Shown here one piece after another: positions 38,715-48,968 of a DNA stretch of 64,000 nucleotides. The position numbers and the translations under genes are program-made. The notes beneath the pieces were generated by a model. The model saw nothing but the letters and a program-made list of their open reading frames with translations, did not search any database and was not told the origin of the DNA. Numbering within the stretch: position 1 is the first letter of the stretch; the number at the start of each line of letters is the position of its first letter. Source of the DNA: a virus (Duplodnaviria > Caudoviricetes); the IMG/VR virus record IMGVR_UViG_3300029288_000092, positions 55,311 through 119,310 of that record, one strand, 5' to 3'.

Positions 38715-39141
38715 CTTTATTTTCCTCCTCTTGATTAGAAACAAAAGTATTATCATTTTTATTCTTTACAACTTTATTTATATCTTTTATTGTAACACCA
38801 GTTTCAATAAGAAATTTATCAATAATAGACATTCTTTTGAACACATCATCATCTTCTTCTTTACTATCTAATTTTTCGACAATTGATATTTCATCCTTTA
38901 CCAATTTACCAATCTCTTTTCTCATATCAAAAATTAATTTATAAAATTCAGTTATAGTTCTTAAAGTTCCTTCCAATAAATGTTTATTTCTTCTAAAATC
39001 ATTGCTATCGGTTGGCATTAATGTTTTTATGCCTTCTATATGTTGTTCTAATTCTAAAATCATAGATTTAATTTTTTCTCTATTTTCTCTATATTCAAAT
39101 AATAAAGTATCGGTGTTAATACCCATCACGCTTCCTCCCAT
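38707..39141 (-). CDS. Hypothetical coiled-coil protein
   Basis: Overlaps both neighbours. Confidence 0.6.
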   Translation of the reverse strand: MGGSVMGINTDTLLFEYRENREKIKSMILELEQHIEGIKTLMPTDSNDFRRNKHLLEGTLRTITEFYKLIFDMRKEIGKLVKDEISIVEKLDSKEEDDDVFKRMSIIDKFLIETGVTIKDINKVVKNKNDNTFVSNQEEENKDE

Positions 39142-40232
39142 ATTAAAATATGATAAATATGATTTGCAAAAACTTTATTTATAGTTAATACATTCCCTAA
39201 TACAGAATATTTATCCTGTGACATTAAAGTTGCGTCATCAAAAACTTGCACCATTCTATTTGCTGTTATTTCCAATTTCAAATCAATTTCAACATTTTCT
39301 TCTTCTGTATCTGGTTCCAAAAACATAACATCTTTTCTGTTATATGTTTTTTTGTCACATATCATTTGACTACGATCAATTAAATATTCATATTGCCTTG
39401 GATCATAAACATTATGACCTGTAACCCAAAACCTACACTGTGAAAAATCAAATTTATAATCTACTCTTGTCACAAGATGAACTGGCAAATCCATTTCATA
39501 TTCAAATGTGGTTTCCAATCTATAGTCTGGAATATTATTTGAATCTCCAAACTTATTTGCACTAGGTGATGGAGTTCCACTCATTCTTATTAATGGGTTG
39601 AGTGTAATTGGATGTGCGTACACATCTTTAGCTATAACCCTGAAAAGTCTTTTTTCAAGCAAACTTGTATTCCATGCCAATTGCTGATCAATATTTAAAA
39701 CGTCATTAACATATCTATATTCGACAATTGGAGCAGGAATATGTAAATATGAGTGTATATAGTCCGGAGAAAAATATCTATCCTTTCCACCAAAATATTG
39801 AATCAATTTTAATTTCATATCCAACATTTCATCCATGGAACTTAAAAACATATAAACTGTGTATGTCCCTTTATATCTATTATAGACCGGGGTTATTTTA
39901 ACATACTCATCTTCATATATCGGATCATATAAATGCCCACCAAATCCACCACCAAAATTGCTATATCTCCATAAATAATTAGTTCTCTCATCATTATCTA
40001 AATCCCCAGTTGGATCTAATGAAACACAGGGAAGAGGAATGCCTGTTATCTCTCTTCCCATATTTTCATAATATTTTGTAATTTGAAAAATCGTATTATC
40101 TGCAGTTGTCATAATTCCAATTTTAAATCTTGGATAAAAAACATCTAAGAAAAAATCAAGCATTGATTGATGAAATGTTCCAAGAATATTGCTTATAAAA
40201 TGTAGTTGATCTGCATACACTAATCTTGCCAT
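39126..40232 (-). CDS. Probable tail completion/terminator-like structural protein
   Basis: PLPCVSL weakly recalls gp15 LPRMS; Y/aromatic-rich beta-type composition; function tentative. Confidence 0.4.
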   Translation of the reverse strand: MARLVYADQLHFISNILGTFHQSMLDFFLDVFYPRFKIGIMTTADNTIFQITKYYENMGREITGIPLPCVSLDPTGDLDNDERTNYLWRYSNFGGGFGGHLYDPIYEDEYVKITPVYNRYKGTYTVYMFLSSMDEMLDMKLKLIQYFGGKDRYFSPDYIHSYLHIPAPIVEYRYVNDVLNIDQQLAWNTSLLEKRLFRVIAKDVYAHPITLNPLIRMSGTPSPSANKFGDSNNIPDYRLETTFEYEMDLPVHLVTRVDYKFDFSQCRFWVTGHNVYDPRQYEYLIDRSQMICDKKTYNRKDVMFLEPDTEEENVEIDLKLEITANRMVQVFDDATLMSQDKYSVLGNVLTINKVFANHIYHILIWEEA

Positions 40233-40249
40233 TTTAAAATACCCGCCTA

Positions 40250-40969
40250 TTAAAGATTTGGAGTATCGCTGTTTGCGTCATTAATCCACTTAGTTAATCT
40301 GGAATCAAAAATACCCATTGCACATGTCCTAACATATTTTTGTTTTTTACTTCTGGAAATAAATTCATATGTCATTAGCAAATTATAGAGAGGATAATCA
40401 ATTTTCATAGAACTGATTCCCCAAGTAAATAAATTTCCAACATAATTATGGACGGTAAAATCCTTAAATGTTAATCTAGATTTCGTAAACATATAAGATT
40501 CAGAATGTAAGTGATCCCAATCATCATCCTTAACATAACCAGTTGGAAAATTAAACATATCAACCGTTGGACTGTTTTTAGTCACCAATCTCAGATGTCT
40601 TCTCAGAAATTTCCTCTGGTGAATATACGGCCAAACATTGACGGCCATATTATGTTTGTCGTACAGCTCATCTTTATTGTCGCACAAGATGGTATACAAT
40701 GGTGCTTTTAAATAAATGTAAAGACTCAACTTGGCAAGAAAAGGAACTTTATCCTTGCTATACATTGGCAATTCTAATTTAATTTCTCTCCACGATTCTT
40801 TTCTCAAACCTGGATATAAAATTCCATTAGTATCCAATTTATAATCATCCTGAGTCATTTTACTGTCGTCGAAAATAGATTTATAATAATCTATTTCAGA
40901 TTCATAGTTTTCAAACTTTTCATTCTTCGGTTCAACTTCAACATCAAAATCTGTAACCCAAAGAGACAT
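40250..40969 (-). CDS. Hypothetical protein
   Basis: SD AGGAGGA. Confidence 0.65.
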   Translation of the reverse strand: MSLWVTDFDVEVEPKNEKFENYESEIDYYKSIFDDSKMTQDDYKLDTNGILYPGLRKESWREIKLELPMYSKDKVPFLAKLSLYIYLKAPLYTILCDNKDELYDKHNMAVNVWPYIHQRKFLRRHLRLVTKNSPTVDMFNFPTGYVKDDDWDHLHSESYMFTKSRLTFKDFTVHNYVGNLFTWGISSMKIDYPLYNLLMTYEFISRSKKQKYVRTCAMGIFDSRLTKWINDANSDTPNL

Positions 40970-40977
40970 CTTTCCTC

Positions 40978-42564
40978 CTAGTTTAAAAATGGCAAAAACT
41001 TTGTTAATATATCAGAAAAAGATAATTCATCCAAATCTTTTAATTTGGTTTTCACAAAATATAAATCACTCGTCCATTTTTTATAATTATCTTTATCAAA
41101 TAAGTATAAATACTTTAAAGACTGAGTGCTAAACAATCCCAACTCATCAATGGTTATTTTTTTATTTTTTAAAGAATCATTCACATTTAATTTATTTTCA
41201 ATCATATCCTTTATTACTTCTTTAAATCGTTCGTTATTATTTATTGATAGAAATTCTGAAATATCTTTATCCATCATCACTTCTGAATTATTTTTTAAAT
41301 TTATTTCAAAATTTTTAACATTGACAATAAAGTTTAAATTTTTATCATAATCAATCAAATTAAAACCATTATTTTTACACATTCCACTCAACATGTTTTT
41401 TATTTTAATATCGTCAGTCAATGAATCTTTATTAGCATCTATTTTTATCTTCATTCCTTTAATTGTATCCCACATCTTATTCCATTCAACTTTCCATATT
41501 TTTAGTTCGTTGTAAATATTTTTCAGATCTTCATTTAATTTGTTTTCATCAATGAGAAATACATACTGAAAATATGGTGCCATATAAACTTTATATGATA
41601 GCATGAGCATAACATCTTCTTTAAAATTAGGATCCATTATACTTTCTATAAAACTCAAAAACAATATAGAAATTTCTCTGCTTATAAATTTAATATTTTT
41701 ATATTTTTCTCCAATTATAATTGGTTGAGCACATAATGATTTGTCTAAAATTCCTTTTGATTTTATAAGACCCCTAGTGTATTGTAGACAGTAGAATAGT
41801 AATTCTTCATCTGGGGCATATACCATATTGAACGGAGATGTTTTTAATATATTGGGATAATTATCTTCCATTATAAGATTGGACACATATTCATTGAATT
41901 TAGACAAAGAGTTAAACCCAAACAAAGTTTCTTTAGTTATTTTAGTCTCAACTTTATCTATAATTGGTTGCAATATTTCAGTGTCAAATTTAGTATTGTT
42001 CTCTATGGCAATATCCAATTCTTTATCGAATTCACTAATTTCAGTATCATTATTTTCCTGTACTATTTCCTTATTCGCTGATGTGTTTGATATTACTGAT
42101 GTCATTTTATCAGTTATTAAATGGGTCTGATTTTCAAAATTATAAAGAATATTTGATAAAACAAAACTGTTAATAATACTTCCAGATAAATTGTGAAACC
42201 CAAAAATAGTTTGTATAAAGGAATACATGGATGTGCTATTTTCAAAAGTGAAGTTATATTGCCCTTTTTCACTTTTAAACACAATATCCCCTGTTGCTAT
42301 GTTTATTTCCATTTCCATATTGTTACTGTTATATATCAGTGGATTTTGATTATTAGATAACAACCTGGAAATCACAAAATGAAATCCAAGTGTTTCTGTT
42401 AAAGACATGTTATGAATAAATGCACCCATTTTTATATTTAAATAAAAATATAGTTGATTATCTTCTTCATTCCATTTTCCATGTCCGGATAAACTCATTG
42501 TTAGTTTTTTATTTTTATGATTAAAGCTTCCTAAATAAAAACTCATCTCATCGTATTTTTTCAT
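40978..42564 (-). CDS. Hypothetical 528-aa protein
   Basis: SD GAGGAG; long ORF. Confidence 0.7.
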   Translation of the reverse strand: MKKYDEMSFYLGSFNHKNKKLTMSLSGHGKWNEEDNQLYFYLNIKMGAFIHNMSLTETLGFHFVISRLLSNNQNPLIYNSNNMEMEINIATGDIVFKSEKGQYNFTFENSTSMYSFIQTIFGFHNLSGSIINSFVLSNILYNFENQTHLITDKMTSVISNTSANKEIVQENNDTEISEFDKELDIAIENNTKFDTEILQPIIDKVETKITKETLFGFNSLSKFNEYVSNLIMEDNYPNILKTSPFNMVYAPDEELLFYCLQYTRGLIKSKGILDKSLCAQPIIIGEKYKNIKFISREISILFLSFIESIMDPNFKEDVMLMLSYKVYMAPYFQYVFLIDENKLNEDLKNIYNELKIWKVEWNKMWDTIKGMKIKIDANKDSLTDDIKIKNMLSGMCKNNGFNLIDYDKNLNFIVNVKNFEINLKNNSEVMMDKDISEFLSINNNERFKEVIKDMIENKLNVNDSLKNKKITIDELGLFSTQSLKYLYLFDKDNYKKWTSDLYFVKTKLKDLDELSFSDILTKFLPFLN

Positions 42565-42593
42565 TGATTAGATTCTCCTCTTTTTTAAATCAA

Positions 42594-42890
42594 TCAATTA
42601 CCAAGAACAACTACTGTTCCAAAAACCTCTGATTCCAGTATCATAGATTCGGTTCTGCTTAAATTGTAAACCAAAACATTGACGGTTCCGTCATCGTCAA
42701 CTTTAGTTGACATCACAACAAATGGTTTAATCACACATAAATTATGGTCTGGTTTTACCGATACAATAGAATCACCTTCTGCGACTTGAAGATTTGTTTT
42801 AACATTGACCCAGAATCCTGGCATGAGCTTGTAGTCTTTCACAGTGTTGACTTGATATTCCACCATTTTACTCATTCTTTGATCCTCCAC
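42594..42890 (-). CDS. Small protein with degenerate trimeric dUTPase-like pattern
   Basis: LMPGFWVNVKTNL and GTVNVLVYNLS..ILESEVFGTVVV recall the dUTPase beta scaffold; catalytic motifs absent. Confidence 0.45.
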   Translation of the reverse strand: MEDQRMSKMVEYQVNTVKDYKLMPGFWVNVKTNLQVAEGDSIVSVKPDHNLCVIKPFVVMSTKVDDDGTVNVLVYNLSRTESMILESEVFGTVVVLGN

Positions 42891-43028
42891 ATTTTTGATA
42901 AAAGCAAATTGAATAATTTGCTTATTTATTATTGTTCGGTTTAGTTTAATTATTTATTTTTACGGTGTTTTTATAGACACAATATCAACTAATGTAAAGC
43001 AGTTTTTTATTTTATTCGAGGAGGGAAA

Positions 43029-43370
43029 ATGAAAGTAGGATGGTTGTCTCGTCATCAATGGACAGAAGATCAGAAAAAAGATCTGGCCAAGGGACTAGGA
43101 ATCAAAGAAGGTGAAATTGAACTGTCGCAGGAAGCAGCAACATTTAATTCATCAAAAGAAATCGTCTCAATGATTAAAGAAAAGAACTATAAAGAGGCGG
43201 TTGTTGTTCTCCCGATCAATCTGATCGGGGATCTTCTTAAAGAAGGTATCCAACCTCTAAGAGCTTTCATGATAAGAAAGCTTAACGAGGATGGGACTGT
43301 AACTTTCAATCATTCTCATTTCGAAAGAGTGATTAAAGTTGAGGTTGAGACCAAACGCCTCGGAGAATAA
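43029..43370 (+). CDS. Small protein resembling Csx16/Csx20-type Rossmann-like proteins
   Basis: WLSRH..TEDQ, VVVLPINLIGDL, EDGTVTFNHSHF; own promoter motif, SD and terminator. Confidence 0.5.
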   Translation: MKVGWLSRHQWTEDQKKDLAKGLGIKEGEIELSQEAATFNSSKEIVSMIKEKNYKEAVVVLPINLIGDLLKEGIQPLRAFMIRKLNEDGTVTFNHSHFERVIKVEVETKRLGE

Positions 43371-43409
43371 CAGGAGAAAAAGATCTAGGGTCTCCTAGAT
43401 CTTTTTTTT
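43371..43409 (+). terminator. Intrinsic terminator, near-identical copy at 52186-52224
   Basis: CAGGAGAAAAAGATCTAGG-GTCT-CCTAGATCTTTTTTTT. Confidence 0.85.
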
Positions 43410-43510
43410 GTTTAAAAATATATGTTTTTATAGTTAAAACATTTATATATATATAGCATTGATCCCATGGTTAAATGGGATTGAAATTTAAAAAAATATT
43501 GGAGGGACAA

Positions 43511-43639
43511 ATGACTGAAAAAGAATTTCTAATTGACATCTCAATGGAACTACACGCAGCGCTGCAGTCATATTCTAGTGCTGCAGCTATGTGCGATATC
43601 ATAAATAGAATAGAACAAAGAATTGAGGAGATGGGGTAA
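43511..43639 (+). CDS. 42-aa small protein MTEKEFLIDISMELHAALQSYSSAAAMCDIINRIEQRIEEMG
   Basis: Not in track; promoter motif at 43423-43456, SD GGAGGG, terminator overlapping the stop. Confidence 0.7.
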   Translation: MTEKEFLIDISMELHAALQSYSSAAAMCDIINRIEQRIEEMG

Positions 43640-43660
43640 AACCCATCTCCTCTTTTTTTC
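43625..43660 (+). terminator. Intrinsic terminator
   Basis: GAGGAGATGGG-GTAAAA-CCCATCTCCTC followed by T tract. Confidence 0.8.
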
Positions 43661-43831
43661 TTTATAAACAAAACTACTTATATATATCCTATGGATTTAT
43701 TCCCGAAGGGCTGGATTACATTTTTCACAACAGAACAAATAAAAAACAACACTCAAATATTTTATTATTTTTTAAAATCAAACAAAATTAAAATATGTAA
43801 AAAAACGATTTTTGAATAAGGAGCCTAAATT

Positions 43832-46800
43832 ATGTTTTTAATTAACAAGAATGAAAAACATTCAACCTTTAATATCCTTCGAGGGAATGAGGGATGTGGA
43901 AAATCATATGGAATATTTAACAAATTTATTAATCAATCATCAGAAATTAAAAAGGAATACGGAGATAGATCTGTATTCTATATATGTCCATCAATCATAC
44001 AAACTCTTGAAAAATTTAACAATTATAAATCACTGTTTGGACAATCAAATAAACAACAATCCAAAAATCCAGAATGGTTAATTTCCAAAAGCGAAATATT
44101 AAGAAGCATTATAAAAACAAATTATCCAGATTTATATGATAGCATAAAACAAGGTATAAATGGAGAACACCATCAATTTATATACGATGGATTTTTAGTG
44201 TCAGATAATTTATTATTGAATAAGCAAAGCATACGCTTTGAGCATAAACTGGAAAAAGAAAAAGAACTGATAAAATATCAATGGAAAAATTCTTCTCAGA
44301 AAAGAAATATTACAAATCCACTCGCTGGAAATTATATGATAACAACCAGAATGCTTTACACTCATCTAAACGAAATTATTAAATCTTTCGAAAAATACAA
44401 AAATATAAATGGTATTGGATTAGTCATGATTGAAACAGCACATAAAACAAATCCTGTTGCGTATAATCAATATATGGATCTGAAGATATTTAAAAACATA
44501 AAAAGATTTCTCAAAAATGATCTAAAACTTCCGTGGATGTTCACTGATCCCATTCTAAATAAAATTGAAAGTGATGGTTCCGTTATAGATCCAAATTATT
44601 CATCAATTGCCAACAATATTAACGAGTCATATTATGAATCAACAAAACCAATTCTAATAGATAATATTCATATAGATAAATTTGAAGTATTTCCTGGAAA
44701 TGGAAATTACACAAATCATGATAATTTTAAAATCAAAATTCTTTTCTTGAGCAAAGTTGTATTAAATTCACTTCATAAATTGATGACTGAAACAACAAAA
44801 CGATATAATAACATATTCAGTGAAAATATTTCAGATAACACAAACAATATTTTCTTTGTAGATCAAAGCAATTTCCTTCACTACTTTAAACAATTAAATG
44901 AAAAATCATTGAAGAAATGGACAGATAATTCAGTATTAATATTTGATGAATTCCCATTATTAAATTCACCATTTTTAACGATTGAAGAATTAAATTCTGC
45001 TTCTGCAGTCTATGGGTCCAAGTATGATAATATGGAAAGTATTTTAAATAAAATTAAAGAAATGAGAAAGCTTCTAGTACAATCAAATAATGATGAAGAA
45101 AAAATGAATTTAAGAAAACAATTGAATATGCTTAAAATTAAACTAAAAAGAAAATACAACAAAAATATTGAGGAAACAATAAAATATCTTGATGATCCAG
45201 AACTGATAATGAACAAGGATATGTTTAAAAATTCTTCATTTGATATAGTAAATCCTGCGTATTTTCAGGATAAGAATTTTAAAGCCGGAGAACTTTTATT
45301 TATACCAAAATCAGAAAAGAAAAATTTCTTTAATATATTTTACGAAAATAACATTAAAACTTTTATTTTAACAACCGAAATAATTCCAATTGAATATTTA
45401 ACAAACAATTTTGAAAACGTTAATATAGAAGATAGAACATCAAAAATCTTAAATAAAGAAGAAACGGCAATTGCGTATGTGTTCAATAGCGAAAAAGAAT
45501 ATAATGATATTCTTCCGATATCTAAAAATCAAGATACCATTCGTGAATTCATAAAGAAAATAAAGAAAGATTCAGATTCAATTTTAGTTATAGCTAACAA
45601 TAAATTTGAAGGGGATATCACATCAACATCCATTAAGGGAAGTAATATTTTCATTGAGAGAGATAAAAATGATGATCCAATAAAAGAAGTTCACTATTTT
45701 ATTTCACCAGATAATCCCAAGGCATTAGCAAAAACATTTCTAAAAGTTCATGGGAATGATATTAAGAATGAGGATTCTGTGTGTGCTCAATTGGATTTGA
45801 ATGATGAGTTGAAAACAAAGTATTTCAATATGTCAGTTAATAAGTTAACCGATGCTATAAATCAAACCCTTGGAAGATTTTTTGGAGAGAGGGGAAAAAT
45901 TCTAAAAGAAAAACCAAAGGTTTTTATTTATGCATATGACGATATTTCAGGTGTGTCCTTAGCAGCTATGAAGAATTCCAGATATAACATTGAATTTAAA
46001 TCCTATAATGAAAATGAAAATATAAAAAATTCTAATAATAAAATTGATCCACCTAAAAATAAAGAAGAAGATATTTTTATAAACAGATCTAACATAAAAA
46101 ATATTGGAGACACCATATACAACATGACATCAAATATTTTTAAATTGAATGATAATGAAAAAGAATTTTTAATGAAAAAAATAAACAAAAAAATATTTAA
46201 AGATAGTTGGAAATTTGGATTCAATAATATTGTGGTCAATAGTTTAAATACTTACACTAAAACTCTGAATAAACTTATTGGAGTTATTAAAGAATGTAAT
46301 TTCAATTTATATGAAGAAATTATTTTAGATCACAAAAACCAATTGGAAATTGTTAATACTAATTTTATAAATCTGAAAGACAAAGAAAATTTTATTTTGA
46401 CTTATAGAAAATTTTCTAAATATTTTCAATCTATAATCGATCCAAAAAACAAAGATCTTGATATAGAATGTATTCTTGACAATCTTTATTTGTGCATCTA
46501 TATATTCTCGATTGAAACTATGAAAACTTGTTTACTTAAACATATTGATAATAAATTAATTTCCAATCATAGATACGAACTATTGAAGCCAACTATTATT
46601 GAAAATAAAAAACTAGAAAATTATTCAAAAATTATTTTATCAGTATACAATTCAATTCTGGATCAAGAATATTGTATTAATATCAATGGAAATATATCTT
46701 ATTGTCTGATGGAAGAATTTAGTGAAAGATATTTCCATGAATTTAAATCCATACTGGATAAAGAATGTGATAAACAAAAAATTGATAAAGATAGTGTACT

Positions 46801-47098
46801 TAATAAATTGAAAGACAAATTGAATAATAACTATCAAAAATTAATAAATTATTATGGTTGTAGAATTAAAGTTGAAGAAGCTATTGGAATTTCACTTAAT
46901 AAAATTTGTAAACTTAAAGAAGAATATTTTGAATTTGGAACCACTTTATTTAAATTGAAAAATCATGTGTTAGAATCTATAAGTGATTCAGTCAAGGAAA
47001 TATTGATATTTGATAGAGAATATACTAAAGATGATTATATTCCAAATAATATTGTGTTTAATTGGAATAATAAATCATATTCAAAAATTTTAATTTAA
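43832..47098 (+). CDS. Large divergent superfamily-2 helicase-like protein (possible origin-binding protein)
   Basis: Walker A GNEGCGKS, YICPS (Ia), IFDEFP (Walker B), LTTE (III), NQTLGRF (VI). Confidence 0.6.
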   Translation: MFLINKNEKHSTFNILRGNEGCGKSYGIFNKFINQSSEIKKEYGDRSVFYICPSIIQTLEKFNNYKSLFGQSNKQQSKNPEWLISKSEILRSIIKTNYPDLYDSIKQGINGEHHQFIYDGFLVSDNLLLNKQSIRFEHKLEKEKELIKYQWKNSSQKRNITNPLAGNYMITTRMLYTHLNEIIKSFEKYKNINGIGLVMIETAHKTNPVAYNQYMDLKIFKNIKRFLKNDLKLPWMFTDPILNKIESDGSVIDPNYSSIANNINESYYESTKPILIDNIHIDKFEVFPGNGNYTNHDNFKIKILFLSKVVLNSLHKLMTETTKRYNNIFSENISDNTNNIFFVDQSNFLHYFKQLNEKSLKKWTDNSVLIFDEFPLLNSPFLTIEELNSASAVYGSKYDNMESILNKIKEMRKLLVQSNNDEEKMNLRKQLNMLKIKLKRKYNKNIEETIKYLDDPELIMNKDMFKNSSFDIVNPAYFQDKNFKAGELLFIPKSEKKNFFNIFYENNIKTFILTTEIIPIEYLTNNFENVNIEDRTSKILNKEETAIAYVFNSEKEYNDILPISKNQDTIREFIKKIKKDSDSILVIANNKFEGDITSTSIKGSNIFIERDKNDDPIKEVHYFISPDNPKALAKTFLKVHGNDIKNEDSVCAQLDLNDELKTKYFNMSVNKLTDAINQTLGRFFGERGKILKEKPKVFIYAYDDISGVSLAAMKNSRYNIEFKSYNENENIKNSNNKIDPPKNKEEDIFINRSNIKNIGDTIYNMTSNIFKLNDNEKEFLMKKINKKIFKDSWKFGFNNIVVNSLNTYTKTLNKLIGVIKECNFNLYEEIILDHKNQLEIVNTNFINLKDKENFILTYRKFSKYFQSIIDPKNKDLDIECILDNLYLCIYIFSIETMKTCLLKHIDNKLISNHRYELLKPTIIENKKLENYSKIILSVYNSILDQEYCININGNISYCLMEEFSERYFHEFKSILDKECDKQKIDKDSVLNKLKDKLNNNYQKLINYYGCRIKVEEAIGISLNKICKLKEEYFEFGTTLFKLKNHVLESISDSVKEILIFDREYTKDDYIPNNIVFNWNNKSYSKILI

Positions 47099-47128
47099 TC
47101 ATCAGTTCTCAATAATATTCAAATTTTT

Positions 47129-47180
47129 ATATTGGTGTGGGAGCAATGCGTTCATAAGACGCATTGCGTTCTTACAATAT
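47129..47180. other. Long imperfect inverted repeat/hairpin
   Basis: ATATTG...GCAATGCGT/ACGCATTGC...CAATAT. Confidence 0.6.
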
Positions 47181-47553
47181 AACAAAATATATTTTCTCAC
47201 GATTGAAATTTTTTTAGTTGAGAAGAATTTGTATTAATATATAAATGTGATCTTAACTAAATTCAAATTAATTCATTTTCTTAATAATCTCCAAAATCCA
47301 AAATTATGTTCTAAATAGAACAGCTGTTTTCATTTCGTAATTCAAAAAAAGTACATATATTATTTAATTGATAGGTATTGTTTGTTAATTTTTTTTAGTC
47401 GAGGCATCTGGGGTCTAGCGACCTATTTAAATTGGGTATTCTGTAGTTGCCAACGCAGGGTATCATATTTCCTAGTGTTTTCAAGTATGGCCCGTGCATC
47501 ATTAGCCAGAATAGTGGCAACGATTCTGGCAATTTTTTAATGGAGGATTTTTT

Positions 47554-48366
47554 GTGAAGAACATGATTGGATGTGATCCTGAATTCGGGTATACTCTTCT
47601 AAATAAAGAAAAAGAAAAAATTATTTTCAATGGAAATATGCCTCCATTCAAAACTGATATCATTGGGTGGGACCACGGTGGGAAAGTCGTCGAATTGCGT
47701 CCAAAGCCCGGAAGTCCAATGTTTGTAGTAACACAGATTGGACTTTCATTGAGAGCAGTTGATAAAACATTTAAAAATCATTTAAAAGGAATAGAAACAA
47801 TAGTATATCATTCTGGAGGATTTGGTGAACCCTCTTCCGGAGGACATATACACATTGATAAAAACAAAAATAAAACAATAAATGATAAAATGAAAAATGC
47901 AATTGAAAAATGGGATAAATTAAATTTCCTGGATTGTGAGCCAGGGAGAGAATCTAGATTAGGTCGAGGATATGGAAAACATGGTGAATATAGAGACGAC
48001 CATGATAAAAGCATAGAATGGAGAACACCATCATCTTGGCTGAGTGATCCAAGATGGGCTTTTTCTATTCTTAGTGTTGTATATTCGGTGTACTTTTCAA
48101 TTGACAGATTTGAGAAAACAGTTTCAAATCACAAACAGTTTCTGAAATTTGTGAAATCCACAATGTCTCCAAAAGAATGGAACTTATTTTATCCATACTA
48201 TAACATGTGGAATAGCTACAGATTAAAAAACAAGAAACTTCCGAAGGATGTCAATATGGATAAATGGGATGAATTTTTAAACAAAGTTCCAAGGAGTTTA
48301 AAAAACAGAGCATCAAACATTATCAATAAATACCTTGAAGACTGTAAAATTAACGTTACAGTTTAA
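47554..48366 (+). CDS. phiEco32-like COOH-NH2 ligase (amidoligase)
   Basis: IGCDPEF, ELRPKP, GGHIH, YGKHGEYR, IEWRTPSSW. Confidence 0.88.
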   Translation: MKNMIGCDPEFGYTLLNKEKEKIIFNGNMPPFKTDIIGWDHGGKVVELRPKPGSPMFVVTQIGLSLRAVDKTFKNHLKGIETIVYHSGGFGEPSSGGHIHIDKNKNKTINDKMKNAIEKWDKLNFLDCEPGRESRLGRGYGKHGEYRDDHDKSIEWRTPSSWLSDPRWAFSILSVVYSVYFSIDRFEKTVSNHKQFLKFVKSTMSPKEWNLFYPYYNMWNSYRLKNKKLPKDVNMDKWDEFLNKVPRSLKNRASNIINKYLEDCKINVTV

Positions 48367-48368
48367 AC

Positions 48369-48794
48369 ATTGAAATCAAAAAAATCCAAGATAAGATGAT
48401 TCGGGTTTGGCTTGTCAATATTTAATATTGGTTTTGCATTGATTCAATCATCAGCAGGATTATCTTGGTTGATTTTGTGATAATCATCAATCCGCAGTCA
48501 ATCACAATATTGATTTGGGCAATTTAAGTTTAACCGACAAGAAGGGGTAGCTTAGATTCATATTTCAATATGGCAGCAACGGAAAAATGTAAAGTTGATA
48601 GGCATGAGATGCTTATTACTTGCTACTCATGCCATCATATTTTGATATGATTACTGTTCTTCAACCTATATTAAATATGAATATTTCATGTGTGTATTCA
48701 GGCGGATAGCTGACGTATATATACTGATTGAAATTATCTCATATTTAATTTCAGAATGGATAAAATAGGTGATCATATTTAATATGATTTCAAT
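48369..48794. ncRNA. Candidate large structured non-coding element
   Basis: No long ORF; nested inverted repeats, closing stem ATTGAAATCA/TGATTTCAAT. Confidence 0.35.
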
Positions 48795-48938
48795 AAGCCA
48801 AATTGTTTTCCAATTTTTAAAAATTCAAAAAGAAACGAGGTGATCGAATTGTTGTCAGTAATGGTAGGACAAATCTGGCAGAATTGTTTGTGTGTGTTTA
48901 GTGTAGTTAGTGTGTAGTATAAGATTTTAAGTAATCTA

Positions 48939-48968
48939 TCGGAGGTGACTCTGGCCGGTCACCTCCGA
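48939..48968. terminator. Strong GC-rich hairpin
   Basis: TCGGAGGTGAC...GTCACCTCCGA. Confidence 0.6.

Noticed and set aside
48541-48620. tRNA-like start GGGGTAGCTTAG
   Set aside because: No T-arm GTTCRA, acceptor stem or CCA at the right spacing; no convincing tRNA was seen anywhere in the window.
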